Shown: piece after piece, positions 47,032-60,787 of the stretch | Layout: the number at the start of each line of letters is the position of its first letter | Position numbering within the stretch: the first letter of the stretch is position 1 | Notes under the pieces: generated by a model | The model's input: the letters and a program-made list of their open reading frames with translations, nothing else | Told to the model about the DNA's origin: nothing | Database searches by the model: none | Source: Eledone cirrhosa | Taxonomy: Eukaryota | NCBI GenBank assembly: GCA_964016885.1 | Contig: OZ024740.1 | Coordinates: 373,426,001 to 373,490,000, forward strand | Length of the DNA stretch: 64,000 nt | Direction of reading: 5' to 3' | Translations under genes and position numbers: made by a program

Positions 47032-47751
47032 TGTTTACGAGCGAGTGTGTATCTCTGCGTGTATATATGGCTACGTGTGTATATATGTTTGTGTGTGCGT
47101 GGGTGAAGAAGGAGTCAACGTACATGTCTGTACGTGATTGTGTGTACGTGTATACATACGCGTTTGCATGTGTATTAGCATGTGTGTGTGCGTGTTTATG
47201 TATATAGGCCTATGGACATGTGTCTATGTATATACGTTCCTCTCTGGATGAATGTATGCGTATGTTTATATGTTTATATGTTCTACTTAATGTGTGGTTA
47301 TCCCGGGAGCCTATGCGTACGACCGTCGGTATGTATGTGATTCTATATGTGTATGTGCGTATGTGCGAGTGCGCACGTGGATGTCTGGATTACCAAACAC
47401 AGTAGTAATTCATTTAAGTGTAGCAGACAAGCGAAAGCGAGATAAGACCTGTGGTCAGTATTTATGATGACGTAGGCAACTAGCGGCCAATCACTGGACG
47501 CGCGAAGAGGATGAAGTTTTTGACAGTACTGGTCCAGAGGGTCAGACAACCCAGTGGAATAATATGCTCCGAAATCATTAGACGTGTCCTTCGAACCTGC
47601 GGGTCCAGAATCAGACAGATCCACACAATGATCGCGTCTTCCGCTGTCAGTCGGCGAAACAATTGTAACACACAGTAAATTGAGTTCAGATGCATCACTG
47701 ATTTTTCGTTTTATATTATATTATATATATATATATATATGCATATATATA

Positions 47752-47960
47752 ATTCGGGCTGTTTGTTTACAAAAAAATCGAACATTATAATAAATGATCG
47801 GTAAAACCATACGTACATATATATATATATATATGCATGTATGTAGATATATACTTACTACTGTGCGTCTGTACACATATATGTATGTATGTATACATAC
47901 TTATTTAGGTATCAGCTGTAACAAGAGTGTTGAATGAAATTTCGTTTCATTCTTTTCCAT
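47752..47960 (+). mobile_element. Rz-A 3' fragment
   Basis: AATTCGGGCTGTTTGTTTACAAA ... ATGAAATTTCGTTTCATT. Confidence 0.7.
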
Positions 47961-48006
<46 letters not shown>

Positions 48007-48126
48007 ACTAGAAATTGATTTATCTAAAATAGACACTTGAAACAATCACAGGGGATAATTCGTAAAGTTTGTAACCACACACAGTGGATAGGCGCATGTC
48101 TCGGACATGACCCCTTAATTTAATTT

Positions 48127-48198
<72 letters not shown>

Positions 48199-48235
48199 TT
48201 TAAGTAAATATATTTAAGTCGTTTGGAAGCCTCGA

Positions 48236-50360
48236 CAATGCAATACTAATTTATTAAAATAACAGATTAAAGTTTAAGCAAAGAATCGCAGCTTTCACCC
48301 TTAACGGGATCTTCTCAAACTAAAAAAAATCAATCTGTGAACGCAGAAGTAAATATTTCGGAAAACGTTGCAACCGAAGGAAGACAGGTAGACGATACTT
48401 TGGTTCGTGGAAACGTTCCCTGGCAAAGAGCGGAAACAAACGAAGATAATGCGTCATTATTTGGACCGGTGAAACCAGTTACACGCAAAGACAAAACCAC
48501 GTTTATGTTATAACTGAAGTCGTAGACTCAAATTCTATTTAGGAAACCGAATGATTCTCGGCCTCAGAGATAAGAATATTGTAAAATTACAGAGGTAATT
48601 AAAATCAACAAAAATTAAATATATACATGCACGCATCCATATACGAACATACATATGAATATGCGAAAACACCCGCCATGGGTATGTAAATGCAAGCACA
48701 AACACACACAAAAGAAACGCACGCACAGACATAACCCACACAACGCCTGTACACGCACACATACGAACGTATACACCAAAAACACATAAAAATATATATA
48801 TACAAATATTTATATATATATATATATGTGTGTGTGTGTGCTTGTATACATATAATTATATAAACGTCTATAAATATACACACATAAATACGTATATAAC
48901 GCGCGCACACACATGCCTACATGTAAATACACATATGTTCGGTAAATCACGTAAACCAAAACACAAAGTACACATATACACACAGCCTACATACGTACGA
49001 ACCTGCATACACACACAGACGCAAAGCTCTCGTATACACATGACCATATGCACATGTACCAGTATATATAATATATAAGCCAATATATAGAATATACATA
49101 CAAGCAAATATACGTACGAGAAAGTATACGTACCTTCAAAAACATAGAGGTAATATATACTTAACTATACAAATGAGTAATGGTATAAACATAACATATA
49201 CTTAGCTACCACATCAAGACGTAAAATGTCAGCGTATAGTTCGTACTATCCGTTAGGGTATAACGTGGGGCTGTAATACAGGAAAGTTTTGTGCAATGTA
49301 TGTTTACAAGCCGAAATTGCGTCAGATTTTTTGTTTAAGATGTGGTCTTTGGTGTAGAGTATTTCCAGGGCCTCAGCGGCACAGAGGTCACGTGGTCTTT
49401 TATTTCCGTTATACGATCTAGACCTAGCTAGGATCTCCCAGTGTAACTTATATTGGGTGTGGTTGTCTATTAGACTCCAGATATAAGCTGAAAGTGACGT
49501 CATATTCCTTCTTAAAGTGTTGAGAAAAGAATGGATATGCATGTAATGATGCTGCTTCAATCTATTGGCGGTTAACCCTATGTAGGCCCCACGGACGTGG
49601 GTGTTTCAACTTTACATTTGTAGACAAGGTTACTAGAGAGGCATTATCCCGGAGAGGGGGCAGTCAACCCTATTCCTACAATTACAGTTAGAACTAGATA
49701 CAGGGTTGCATGTGTACATACGGCTAGGTAATTTAGCTAAATTTGAAGCTGTGTTGTCGTAGAGTAAGACATTTGAATGGTATTTCTATTAAAAATGTTA
49801 CTATATTTATGTGCTGGGAGGAAATGATTCACAATAAGGGAGAGAAAGATCTTAGCTAATAGTGTGGCCATGTCCATATTATATGGTCGGTTATACTATA
49901 TAATACGTCGGGATCTATTTGTCCTAAGTTTATTCTCATACTCTGTATATTCTACCTTATAGACAAATCCACTCCGAGCAAGAGCTTCATTGTAATATGT
50001 GGAATGGTCGTTGACAATATGCTCGTTTGTAGATAGACAGGAAAGCCTCAAAGAAACGTTTCTTACCAGGTTTTTGGTTATGCTGGCAGGGTGATTAGAA
50101 TGCTTACTTATGTAATTAAGCGTATCATTCGGCTTTCTATACAGTAGAATATTAGTCTACGACTTCATTTATACCATAGACGTGGTTTTGTCTTGGTGTG
50201 TAATTGTTTTTCACCGCTCCAAATATTGACGTATTATCAACGTTTTTTGAAATATTTACTTCTCCGTTCACAGATTGATTTTTTTTTAGTTTCAGAAGAT
50301 CCCGTTAAGGGTTAACGCATCAATTCTTTGCTTAAACTTTAATCTGTTATTTTAATAAAT
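48236..50360 (-). mobile_element. Neptune-type PLE 3' half with 5'-inverted pLTR at 50150-50360
   Basis: Minus strand: SNCNCRNRVDCP..CLSSNLVYKC..AYIGLTANRLKQHHY..TSLSAYIWSL..YKLHWEIL. 50150-50360 is the reverse complement of about 48250-48528 with a deletion. Confidence 0.85.
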
Positions 50361-50448
50361 ATTTGCTCTACGGTTCTTATATATTTGATATATATTTATC
50401 CTTATCGAGCCCTCTTTGGATTTTAGTCTTCAAATTTATTATTAGTAC

Positions 50449-50480
<32 letters not shown>

Positions 50481-51114
50481 CAGAGAGACAATATGCATCT
50501 CACTCCAACGGCGTCCGAATGAATCGTTAGTGATATATACAGAATCAGTAAGGTAAGCTCCCAGAAAAATATAATATAATTCTTATAAATTATCTTTATA
50601 AAAAATTGTCTCCTATGAGACAGTATTTATATAGGTATATAAAAAGCTAACTGGCCTCTGCATAAAAACTCCTCTTGCTAGAAATAGCAGACAATTCGCC
50701 AACGTATCACACCTTGCCGTATATGAAAGGAGAGTTCACACTGGCAATAGAGTCCATGAAAATATCATGTTTGAAGAAATAGCAAATGAAATAACACGGT
50801 GAAGTTGAGCATATTTACAAACGATCAGAATTTAGCTTCATGTAAAAAAAGTAACAACAATAAATGGATATGATTCGTAATCTATTATATGGGTTATTAA
50901 GTACAATTCGATATAGTAAATCCATTTGAAGAGGGGCCTAAGTTAAAAATACAATAAGGAATGTCAACGATATAGCATCGAAGGACTGCATATAACATAA
51001 AGACATGCCTCCTCTTGTCATAGAATATAATGCTTTTGATTATAAAGCTGTAGTGCCTATGATTCATAATGCTTGATTGGAGTTGATACATATATATATA
51101 TATATATTATTATT

Positions 51115-51159
<45 letters not shown>

Positions 51160-51164
<5 letters not shown>

Positions 51165-51555
51165 TTTATCGTCTCCGCTGAACCGGTGCGTACTCACACT
51201 CTATGCAAATTAGTCTGCCCACTACTAATTTTCATAGAAAAAGCATATAACGATATGTGCTTTTACAATTCTCCAGAAGGGCCGGTAGATAGGTAAATAT
51301 TGCTGATGAGTTGTAACAACAACGAAACTAGTTCAATATTCCTTGTCTGGCTTTCTGGAGAATAGAGGGAAGGTGTTCCCCCGAAAACCAGTATGACTCT
51401 AAAAACCGGTTTGTCTGTGTGTTTACATACAGAATAGCTGGGTTGCTCACAGTAAAGCAGCCAGTGAAAGACTTGTTACACCTACATATGTATACGTGTG
51501 TGTATTCATATACACACTAGTATTTCAGTATGCATATGTAGATGTACATTTTTAA
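51160..51555 (+). mobile_element. Divergent Rz-A relative
   Basis: Same motif order as Rz-A: TTTATCGT, ACTCAC, ATGCAAATTAG, hammerhead, GTTTACA, TA/TG-rich tail. Confidence 0.7.
51296..51340 (+). ncRNA. Minimal type-I hammerhead, intact
   Basis: AATATTG-CTGATGA-GTTGT-aaca-ACAAC-GAAAC-TA-GTT-CAATATT. Confidence 0.9.
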
Positions 51556-51563
51556 CTTAATTA

Positions 51564-51675
<112 letters not shown>

Positions 51676-51678
51676 AAC

Positions 51679-51710
<32 letters not shown>

Positions 51711-51732
51711 TCATACACACACACACACACAC

Positions 51733-51805
<73 letters not shown>

Positions 51806-51844
51806 TATACATATATATATACATATATATATAGATAATATTTT

Positions 51845-52095
51845 CCTTCAAGCATAGCTTCATACAAATATATATAGACATTTAGTATTTCTAAAGAAAC
51901 AAGGTTTTAGGAAGCCGTAGCTATGCAAACACCGGGGCTAACGCCCCCTGGCGTTGTCCAGCAGAAGCAAGGTGTACACCGTCTATGCATTTCAGGCTTG
52001 ACTGGGCTTCGTCAGGATGGTCCCACCCAACGCTTGCAATTGTTTGACATGAAAACAGTCGAGAATATATAGTTTTCTCGTTTATGTATGTTAAA
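51845..52095 (-). mobile_element. Rz-B copy; hammerhead at 51978-52021
   Basis: Minus strand: ACCATC-CTGACGA-agcccagtcaagcct-GAAATGCATA-GACGGT. Confidence 0.75.
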
Positions 52096-52187
52096 ACGAA
52101 TTCGTTTTGGTAAAAACAGTTATAGGCAGTAGAAAGATCTCTACATCGTAGCTTTTATTTACGATGGAGATTCAGTATAAGAATATG

Positions 52188-52435
52188 AAGAAATGCTGAT
52201 TATATATAAATTCTTTATTCATAATAATTATTTCAACGGTCCTATTATGCAATCCATAATTTAATGTATGCATTGGTTGCCATTTGCCTCCAGCATATCA
52301 CAAAATCGGATGTTCATCTGAAGATACTGATCTCATAAAAGCAACAAAAGTATACCTTACATCATGGATTACATAATGGAACCGTTGAAATGATCATTAT
52401 GAATAAACGATTTATAAAATATCAGCGTCTTTCTT
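52188..52435 (+). mobile_element. pLTR with long-stem-II hammerhead (52313-52403) and diverged inverted 5' copy
   Basis: TTCAT-CTGAAGA-[62 nt]-GAAAT-GATC-ATT-ATGAA. Imperfect arms 52188-52270 / 52350-52435. Confidence 0.7.
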
Positions 52436-52495
52436 AATGTTATTTACACACACACACACACACACACACATACACACATACACACACACACACAT

Positions 52496-52529
<34 letters not shown>

Positions 52530-52534
52530 TATAT

Positions 52535-53232
52535 AATAGAAATAGGATTTTGCTTCGAGCAGAGCTTTATACAAATATGTATAGAAATTTCGTATTTCTA
52601 AAGAAATACGGTATGTTTACCTGAACATTTAGGAAGCCGTAGCTATGAAAACACACTGGTGGTGTCCAGCAGAAGCTAGGGGGGCAACTGTCTATGCATT
52701 TCAGGCTTGACTGGCTTGACTGGCCTTCATCAGGACGGTCCCTCCCACCGCCGAGATTATATAGTTTTCTCGACTGTGTAAATGAGGTGATTAATCGCAT
52801 TTGCATATGAAGCTGCATATGGTGGCTCAACTTATAATAGAATAGAGATCCTATTCTATTCTATTATATGTTCTAGTATAATTTCTATACATATTAGTAT
52901 AAAGCTATGCTCGAAGCGAAATTCTATTTCTATTGTATTATAAGTTGAATCAACTTATGCAGCGCCACTTGCAAATGAGATTAATCACCTCAATTACACA
53001 GACGAGAAAACTATATATTCTCGACTGTTCTCAAGTCCAGCAGTTGCAAGCGGTGGGACGGACCGTCCTGATGAAAGCCAGTCATGCCTGAAATGCATAG
53101 ACGGTTGTCCCCCTTGCTTCTGCTGGACACCACAAGAGGGTCTTAGCTCCGGTGTTTGTATAGCCATGACTTCCTAAATGTTTCCTGTAAACATACCGTG
53201 TTTCTTTAGAAATACAAAATTTCTATACATAC
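52535..53232. mobile_element. Head-to-head pair of Rz-B units: 52535-52850(-) and 52880-53232(+), 338-nt period
   Basis: AATTTCTATACATA occurs at 52880 and 53218. The two copies are different circular permutations. Hammerheads at 52687-52739(-) and 53062-53105(+). Confidence 0.85.
53062..53105 (+). ncRNA. Minimal type-I hammerhead, intact core
   Basis: ACCGTC-CTGATGA-aagc-cagtcat-gcct-GAAAT-GC-ATA-GACGGT, with palindromic ATGCAT. Confidence 0.88.
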
Positions 53233-53459
53233 ATTCATCTATATATTTACGATTGCAACTACAATGCGAAATAAACATCTGTACAGAAAACATATATAAT
53301 CTCGTTACTTGTATACAATTGTTTAGCAAATATTTCATGAGGTTAGATCAAAATAAGAAAAAGAATTGAATTTTTAATATGTTCCACAGTTAAAGGCGTT
53401 ACATGCATTTACGCACGCACAGAGAAACGCAAACACAAACACACGCACACGCACGCATG

Positions 53460-53508
<49 letters not shown>

Positions 53509-53825
53509 CTAGCGCAACATATTTTATGTGTCTGGTTACAATATATATTTACGTATGAATTACAATATCCTTTAAATTATTTTTTCGGCATTATCTTTCT
53601 CAAAGAATATCTATAATTATTTATGTAGATGAGGTATGTTCTGAAGCTAATTGCAGTGCTGTAGAAAATGTATATTGTTCTGTTTCGATCGGTTTGTTGA
53701 GAATTCAGAATAATATTAGTTATTTCTAAACAAATAAAAAAAAAAAAAATAAAAATATATATTGACATAGCGATTCCTTCGTGGTATATCCTGACAGTTC
53801 TCTTCAATTCACACACTCGTTACAG

Positions 53826-54006
<181 letters not shown>

Positions 54007-54038
54007 TATGTAATGATATATATATATATATATATAAA

Positions 54039-54255
54039 TGTCAGCTCGAAACTAACACAGAGGGTGCTGACGTTACATGTATATGCTCACCGACATTCAG
54101 AGTTTATCCTTGGCGATACCCTACACGGGCAGTCTTTAAGAGGGATACCGAGGATGGCATATATCGATGCTCTAAGGACAGACATTGGTCTCTGGGAGCC
54201 GCAGGACATGGTGGCGATGATGAAGGACACACCACTGGAGACAACTCTTTCATAG
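54039..54255 (+). mobile_element. RTE-like LINE ORF C-terminal remnant
   Basis: VSSKLTQRVLTL..AHRH..ILGDTLHGQSLRGIPRMAYIDALRTDIGL...MKD resembles the RTE tail pattern RRLR..GH..R...G.R.RGRP...YID....D.GL. Confidence 0.6.
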
Positions 54256-54274
54256 ATCCCACATATTTTACCCG

Positions 54275-54337
<63 letters not shown>

Positions 54338-54739
54338 TATATATACGAATAGTGGAGTTACATTTTATTACGAATCGGTTGCCTAACCTAAACCGTCGGA
54401 GTCACCTGTACATATAGAAACACCTATACTCATTCCGAATGTTCTCACTCATAAATGACCCATACTAAATCAGCAACAAGGCTTGTTGACTTCATACACG
54501 AGACCATTCACGGTAACTCTACGAACAGTGATCCTAATTCAAATAATACCCCTCACTTTAATTGTAACACGCTCTTCTTTCTATATATCTACCTTCACCT
54601 AAACGAACAATAATTCACAAAACGAACGTATACCGCGTTTAACAAGGTTATCTGGTTCATTTTGTTATATACTACATTCTCCCACTCAGCTCTCTATAGC
54701 TTACTCTGTTTACCTTGGCCTGAACGACAAGCGCAGTAT

Positions 54740-54995
54740 ATTTATAAATAAATATTCTGAAAGCCATATTGGTGTTCGGTAGAAACAAGTGTGACAACCG
54801 TCGATTGATTTCGAACTTAAATCGTTCTCGCGAGGACGGCGCTTCCCTCTCTCGCTAAGGCCGGCCTTTTCAACAGGAAAAAATATATAATGTTTTCGTC
54901 TGAGTAAATGAGGCGATTAATCTCATTTTCATATGAAGCTGTATAAGTTGGCTCAAATTAAATAGAATTAGAATTTAGATTCGAAAATAGCTGAT
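54740..54995 (-). mobile_element. Divergent Rz-B copy; decayed hammerhead at 54797-54840
   Basis: Minus strand: GCCGTC-CTCGCGA-GAAC-gatttaa-GTTC-GAAAT-CA-ATC-GACGGT. 54885-54990 matches about 52758-52845. Confidence 0.65.
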
Positions 54996-56151
54996 GCTAT
55001 CTATGCTGTGGCTACCTCATGATAAGTCAACGGATTGTAAGAAGGTAGATCATTTCTGAAATAATTGGTTACACTGTAACAATAGTATATATTTCATAGT
55101 TTCATTTTGTGAGGAATATAACGTAGCTTCATAATTTCACCTTGTATGCCTTAGGCAGCTACAGAAATAGCATCGATAATCTCTTTCGTTGTTGTCTATG
55201 CCCACTGTTTAACTATGTATACGACAAACGAAAGTTTCACTATGTAGATTCGGGTAACTCTATTAAACGTTACTTTACCAGTTCTGAAATATTTCTGCAT
55301 TACCATTACTATACAAACATATCTAACCCATTAGTTACGTGGAAATGGGTAATAAACTATTAGGAATGTGTAACTTAAAGGCACATTAAGAGACCTTATC
55401 AGTTGATTCCGATTACCAAGTGGTGGTGATGGTGTTGGTTAGCGACTGATATTATTTGTATGAACCGTGAAATTTGCAACTCTCTGGTGCCATTAACATT
55501 GAAACAATTTAGCAACAACAAATAAATGTTCATGAACACCCTGGTGGTCGTTCTTCATGATCACGCTGGAGTCAAGGTTGGACTGAATCCTCAATTGACA
55601 CAAGTGTTGGCAGTTTAGTTAAGCTGGTGTTTATGGTGGAGAAGTGTTGGATACCTCTTGGTGCGTGTGATGATATGTGTGTGGAGACTTTCTACTCCAG
55701 ACATACAATCTAGCCAGATTAAACCGAAGTGGTGTTTTGATGTTTTCGTCGGAAGTATCATGACTTTGGCTAAACTAGCGCTTCCAGGGCAGAAGGAAAA
55801 CATTTGATCAGATTGTTATAGATATTGCAAGTGTCGTGGATTCAGATCTAACATTTGCGGTCTCCTGTGAATGATAGGGGAGCTCGACCGCAGATGCGCC
55901 AAGTAATGAAGATGACCTCGTTCTTTTCACCAGATAGCATCCATATATTTCTACCCCACGTATGTGAACAATCTGTGTCTATATGCATATGCATACACAT
56001 GTATGTATACACATGTACATATATAGCTAAACGCATGAACATAAGCTTATTCTATCTAACATTTTGCATATTTAAATCCATATATTAATCATATTTTTAC
56101 TGTATACTTATTGCTAAATCCCTTTCATTTTTCATTGCATTATTCATTTTA

Positions 56152-56331
56152 GTGGATTGGCAGTATCGGTAGAGGGTCGGACGCCATGCTTTCAAGTATA
56201 GTTACGTCCCTTTACGATCTGAGTTCAAATCCTGCCGAGGTTGACTTTGCCTTTCATCCTTACGGGGTCTATAAAATAAAGTACCAGTAATGCACTGGGT
56301 AATTGCTGGCCTTGTGCCTAAAGAAGAAACA
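56152..56331 (+). mobile_element. SINE with 13-bp TSD
   Basis: TSD ATTATTCATTTTA at 56139-56151 and 56332-56344. Confidence 0.9.
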
Positions 56332-56641
56332 ATTATTCATTTTATTATGCATTGTTTTATTAGAGAAGTTCAAACATAAACGTAAACATTTTTGTTATAT
56401 AAAAACAAGAAGATATGAACAGAAAGATCACACCTAAAAAAATGTGCTGCCCACATAAATAACTTTTTCTACTGAATTCAGTTGTGTTATATAATCTAAA
56501 TAAGTGTTAGTGCAAGCCGGGGCACTGCGATCATTTTCTCTATATTACCATAAGTTACAAAATGAAACGAATATGCATGAGCATTCTATCCGATTTCCTA
56601 ACGACTCTCCCAACTCTCTCTCTCTATATATATATCTCTCT

Positions 56642-56797
<156 letters not shown>

Positions 56798-56821
56798 AGG
56801 GATATATATATATATATATAT

Positions 56822-56867
<46 letters not shown>

Positions 56868-56903
56868 AGTGAGATATATATATATATATACATATATATA
56901 TAG

Positions 56904-56934
<31 letters not shown>

Positions 56935-56935
56935 T

Positions 56936-57050
<115 letters not shown>

Positions 57051-57051
57051 C

Positions 57052-57135
<84 letters not shown>

Positions 57136-57151
57136 AGAGATATATATATAG

Positions 57152-58260
57152 TCCCTCAGCAACTGCCCGATACGGGGGGCAGATTGCCTACGCACCTATG
57201 TCGTATATAAGATTCAATGCGATAAATGTAACAAGTTTTACATAGGTAGCACCATCCGACCCCTACATGTTCGTATCAAGGAACATATCAACACCAACGC
57301 ATCTTCCTTCCGTAAACACATCCTTAAATGCGGAAACCCACAGGGTAGACCCTTGGTCACAGTCCTAGCGACTGAACGCAGCATCGGATCCTTCAGGATA
57401 AAGGAAGCACTTGTTATTAAGAACCTCGGACCCCCACTTAACAACCGGGCTGAGAGAAATGAGCTGACATGGCTAACTTAACCATAGTGACCATTCACAG
57501 CCTACGGCCTGCTATCTTCACACACACGCACGTATATGCATACCCATACGCATACACACACACATCTATATTTATACACGCACACATGTTTTTACAACCT
57601 ACCACCTTTCACACCCTTTGATTTCCAGCTTTTACAGCCCACTATCTTTCACACACAAACGCACTCACACATATACACACACAGTTACACACACATGTAT
57701 ACCAATACGCTTACACACACACATCTATATTTATACACGCACACATGTTTTACAACATACCACCTTTCACACCCTTTGATTTCCAGCTTCTACAGCCCAC
57801 TATCTTTCACACACACTCACACATATACACACTTACACTTATACACACACAGTTACACACACATATATATTTACACACACATATCTTACGGCTTTCACAC
57901 GCTAGCGCACCCTCTTGATTTAACCCATTTGGTCAGTAGCTTTTGCCACAGCCTATCACGCGCACGCGCATTCTTTCCCTCGTTTAAATTTTAAATAATT
58001 TTCTCCCCATAACGGCATTCCTGTCTTAACGACATCACAACTTTCTCCGCTTGGCCTGTCCCCCCCCCCCCCCCCTTTTGGAACTTTCCCCCGTTGATGG
58101 GCGTGAGCCCTAAATATTGGGATTAAATCTCTACTACGGTAACCCTTCTACCTTTGTTTTGTTTTCATCTTTGTCTCTCTCAATTTTTCACCTGTTTTTC
58201 CTATCTATCTTTCACTTCCTACCTCGAGACTTCCCTCTGCATTGTTGTGGCTTTCTTAAA
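57152..58260 (+). mobile_element. PLE 3' end; uninterrupted GIY-YIG frame at 57152-57481
   Basis: [44 protein letters not shown]...FRIKEALVIKNLGPPLNNR, related to 2300-2630. Degenerate hammerhead at 58087-58122. Confidence 0.88.
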
Positions 58261-58264
58261 TACG

Positions 58265-58357
<93 letters not shown>

Positions 58358-58359
<2 letters not shown>

Positions 58360-58710
58360 AAATGACAATCCGAAGGCAAGGTAACATTCCAATCATTTTA
58401 ATCACGACACATGTTTCATTAAGAGATAGATCGATCGTGAAGCCATGATCAATTATCACTAATCTCATCAGGTGAAAATGAATTGTCTTCAAATTCTTGA
58501 CATGAGGGAGAAAATTAGCAATGTTCACTCACAGAGTTTATTCCCTCATATATGAGTGAACATATCAAGAATTTGAAGACAATTTATTTTCACCTGATGA
58601 TATCAGTGATAATTGATCATTGCCTCACGATCGATCTATCTGTTATTGAAACATGTGTCGTAATTAAAATGATTAAAATTTTACCTTGCCTTCGGATTTT
58701 CATTTTGATA
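58358..58710. mobile_element. Head-to-head pLTR pair, each with a complete long-stem-II hammerhead: 58402-58475(-) and 58590-58663(+)
   Basis: TCAC-CTGATGA-[47 nt]-GAAAC-ATGT-GTC-GTGA/GTAA. Arms 58358-58504 / 58561-58710. Confidence 0.8.
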
Positions 58711-58837
58711 GTAATACTCCGTTTTACATCATCTAGCTGTTCCGTTGACATTTGAAAACGTGGAGAACTGAATATTGGTAACAAAAATGTATTGGACCGT
58801 TTTGCACAACCACTAATACACCTTATTATATAACAAC

Positions 58838-58912
<75 letters not shown>

Positions 58913-58999
58913 TTGAAATATGTATAATGAAATAAATATGGTTTTATAGATATAGTTTCCATTTGTTAATATATTGTATATATATATATATATATATAT

Positions 59000-59103
59000 C
59001 AGCTGTCGGGGTCTTACTGGTTCCTATTACCCACTCTACTACCTCAAGTATTGAGTACTTTGGTGCGTTATGGTCCACCTGGTTCCTTACCACATTTCCT
59101 TCG

Positions 59104-59105
<2 letters not shown>
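59000..59105 (+). mobile_element. P4 pLTR fragment
   Basis: Near-exact reverse complement of 32237-32343. Confidence 0.85.
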
Positions 59106-59190
<85 letters not shown>

Positions 59191-59445
59191 TATGTAAAAG
59201 TTCTATTTAAATTGTTGGGATACAACAAGCAAATATTTTTATAACCGGATATCCGGGAGCTTCCAACAGTAATGGTTGCATTCTTTAAGAGTATGTCAAT
59301 ATTTATTTATAAAACTTATCTATGTTATATTTTATCTGATAAAAGCACACCATAATTTAACTTGGTGTCCTTGAAATATGTGTAATGAAATAAATATGGT
59401 TTTATAAATATAGTTTCCATTTGTTAATATCGTATATATAAATAT

Positions 59446-59492
<47 letters not shown>

Positions 59493-60322
59493 CTTCTATC
59501 GATTGTTACAAACATCGGTTTCAATAAGGTATCTTTAATGCATAATATACATAGTAGTCTATGAGCCTACTAAATGTATTTAAAAAATAAAGAACAAGTA
59601 CGTGGAGCATAGAAATATACATTACAAATCGTGGGATTGCACTTGTCATTGATAAAAGATAATTTTAAGACTCCGTTTGTTTATAGTAATCAAACGTCAG
59701 TAACCAACCCCTTAGATTTAATCTTCGTCTACTTTCAATACATTCTAGTCTTCTTTCATATTTAAAAAATATTTATTTTCGTTGTTTTTTTTCTCTTATA
59801 TGAAACACGCAAAAAAATATATATATTGAAGTAATAAAAATCAATTACTTTTTCTGAGATCCAATCGATTTAATGAACAGCTGTTAATCTAATCTTCTTG
59901 ACCAAAATTGTTCCAGATGAATACCCATTCAATTAATTTTCTATCAGTCAATTTACTAAAGACTACTCAAGTAAATATGCAGGAAAAAAAAATTACGTTT
60001 AGTAAAGATTTACTCTATATATTTTCATTTTCTTTTGAAGTGGAAATAAATATATCATCGTTCGTTTCCATAAGCATAGGTTGATATTTTTGGTATTTAC
60101 AATTTAAATACATGGAAAAATAAACGATGGATCTATTTATACGAAGAGTTCTTGGTGCTAACTAATGTAGCGATATGTTCACTGAATTAGAATGTTATAT
60201 TAATTAAGTTTTTACCCAAAACACATTTATCATTCATTCGACCATGATTGTTCACATTTATATACAGGCATACATACGTACCCCCCCACACACACATGCA
60301 CACACACTCACACACACATATG

Positions 60323-60388
<66 letters not shown>

Positions 60389-60521
60389 CGCATATATACG
60401 TATATATATTTATATATATATATATATATATATATGTACTCAAATGCACCTACATACATATGTATATATATATATATATATATACGTATGTATATATATA
60501 TATAGATATAAACATACATAC

Positions 60522-60556
<35 letters not shown>

Positions 60557-60590
60557 CGTATGTATATATATATATATAAATATACATACG

Positions 60591-60644
<54 letters not shown>

Positions 60645-60690
60645 CGTATGTATATATATATATATATATATATAGATATATATATATGTA

Positions 60691-60787
<97 letters not shown>

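Noticed and set aside
48286-48322. TTGAGAA..CCC/GGG..GAAAGCTG hammerhead-like motif on the minus strand
   Set aside because: It is at the expected pLTR position but has no valid NUH or stem I, and the inverted copy disagrees. Left uncalled.
55500-55960. Possible RTE C-terminal zinc-finger remnant (RICGRAPLSFTG)
   Set aside because: Too short and degenerate to support.
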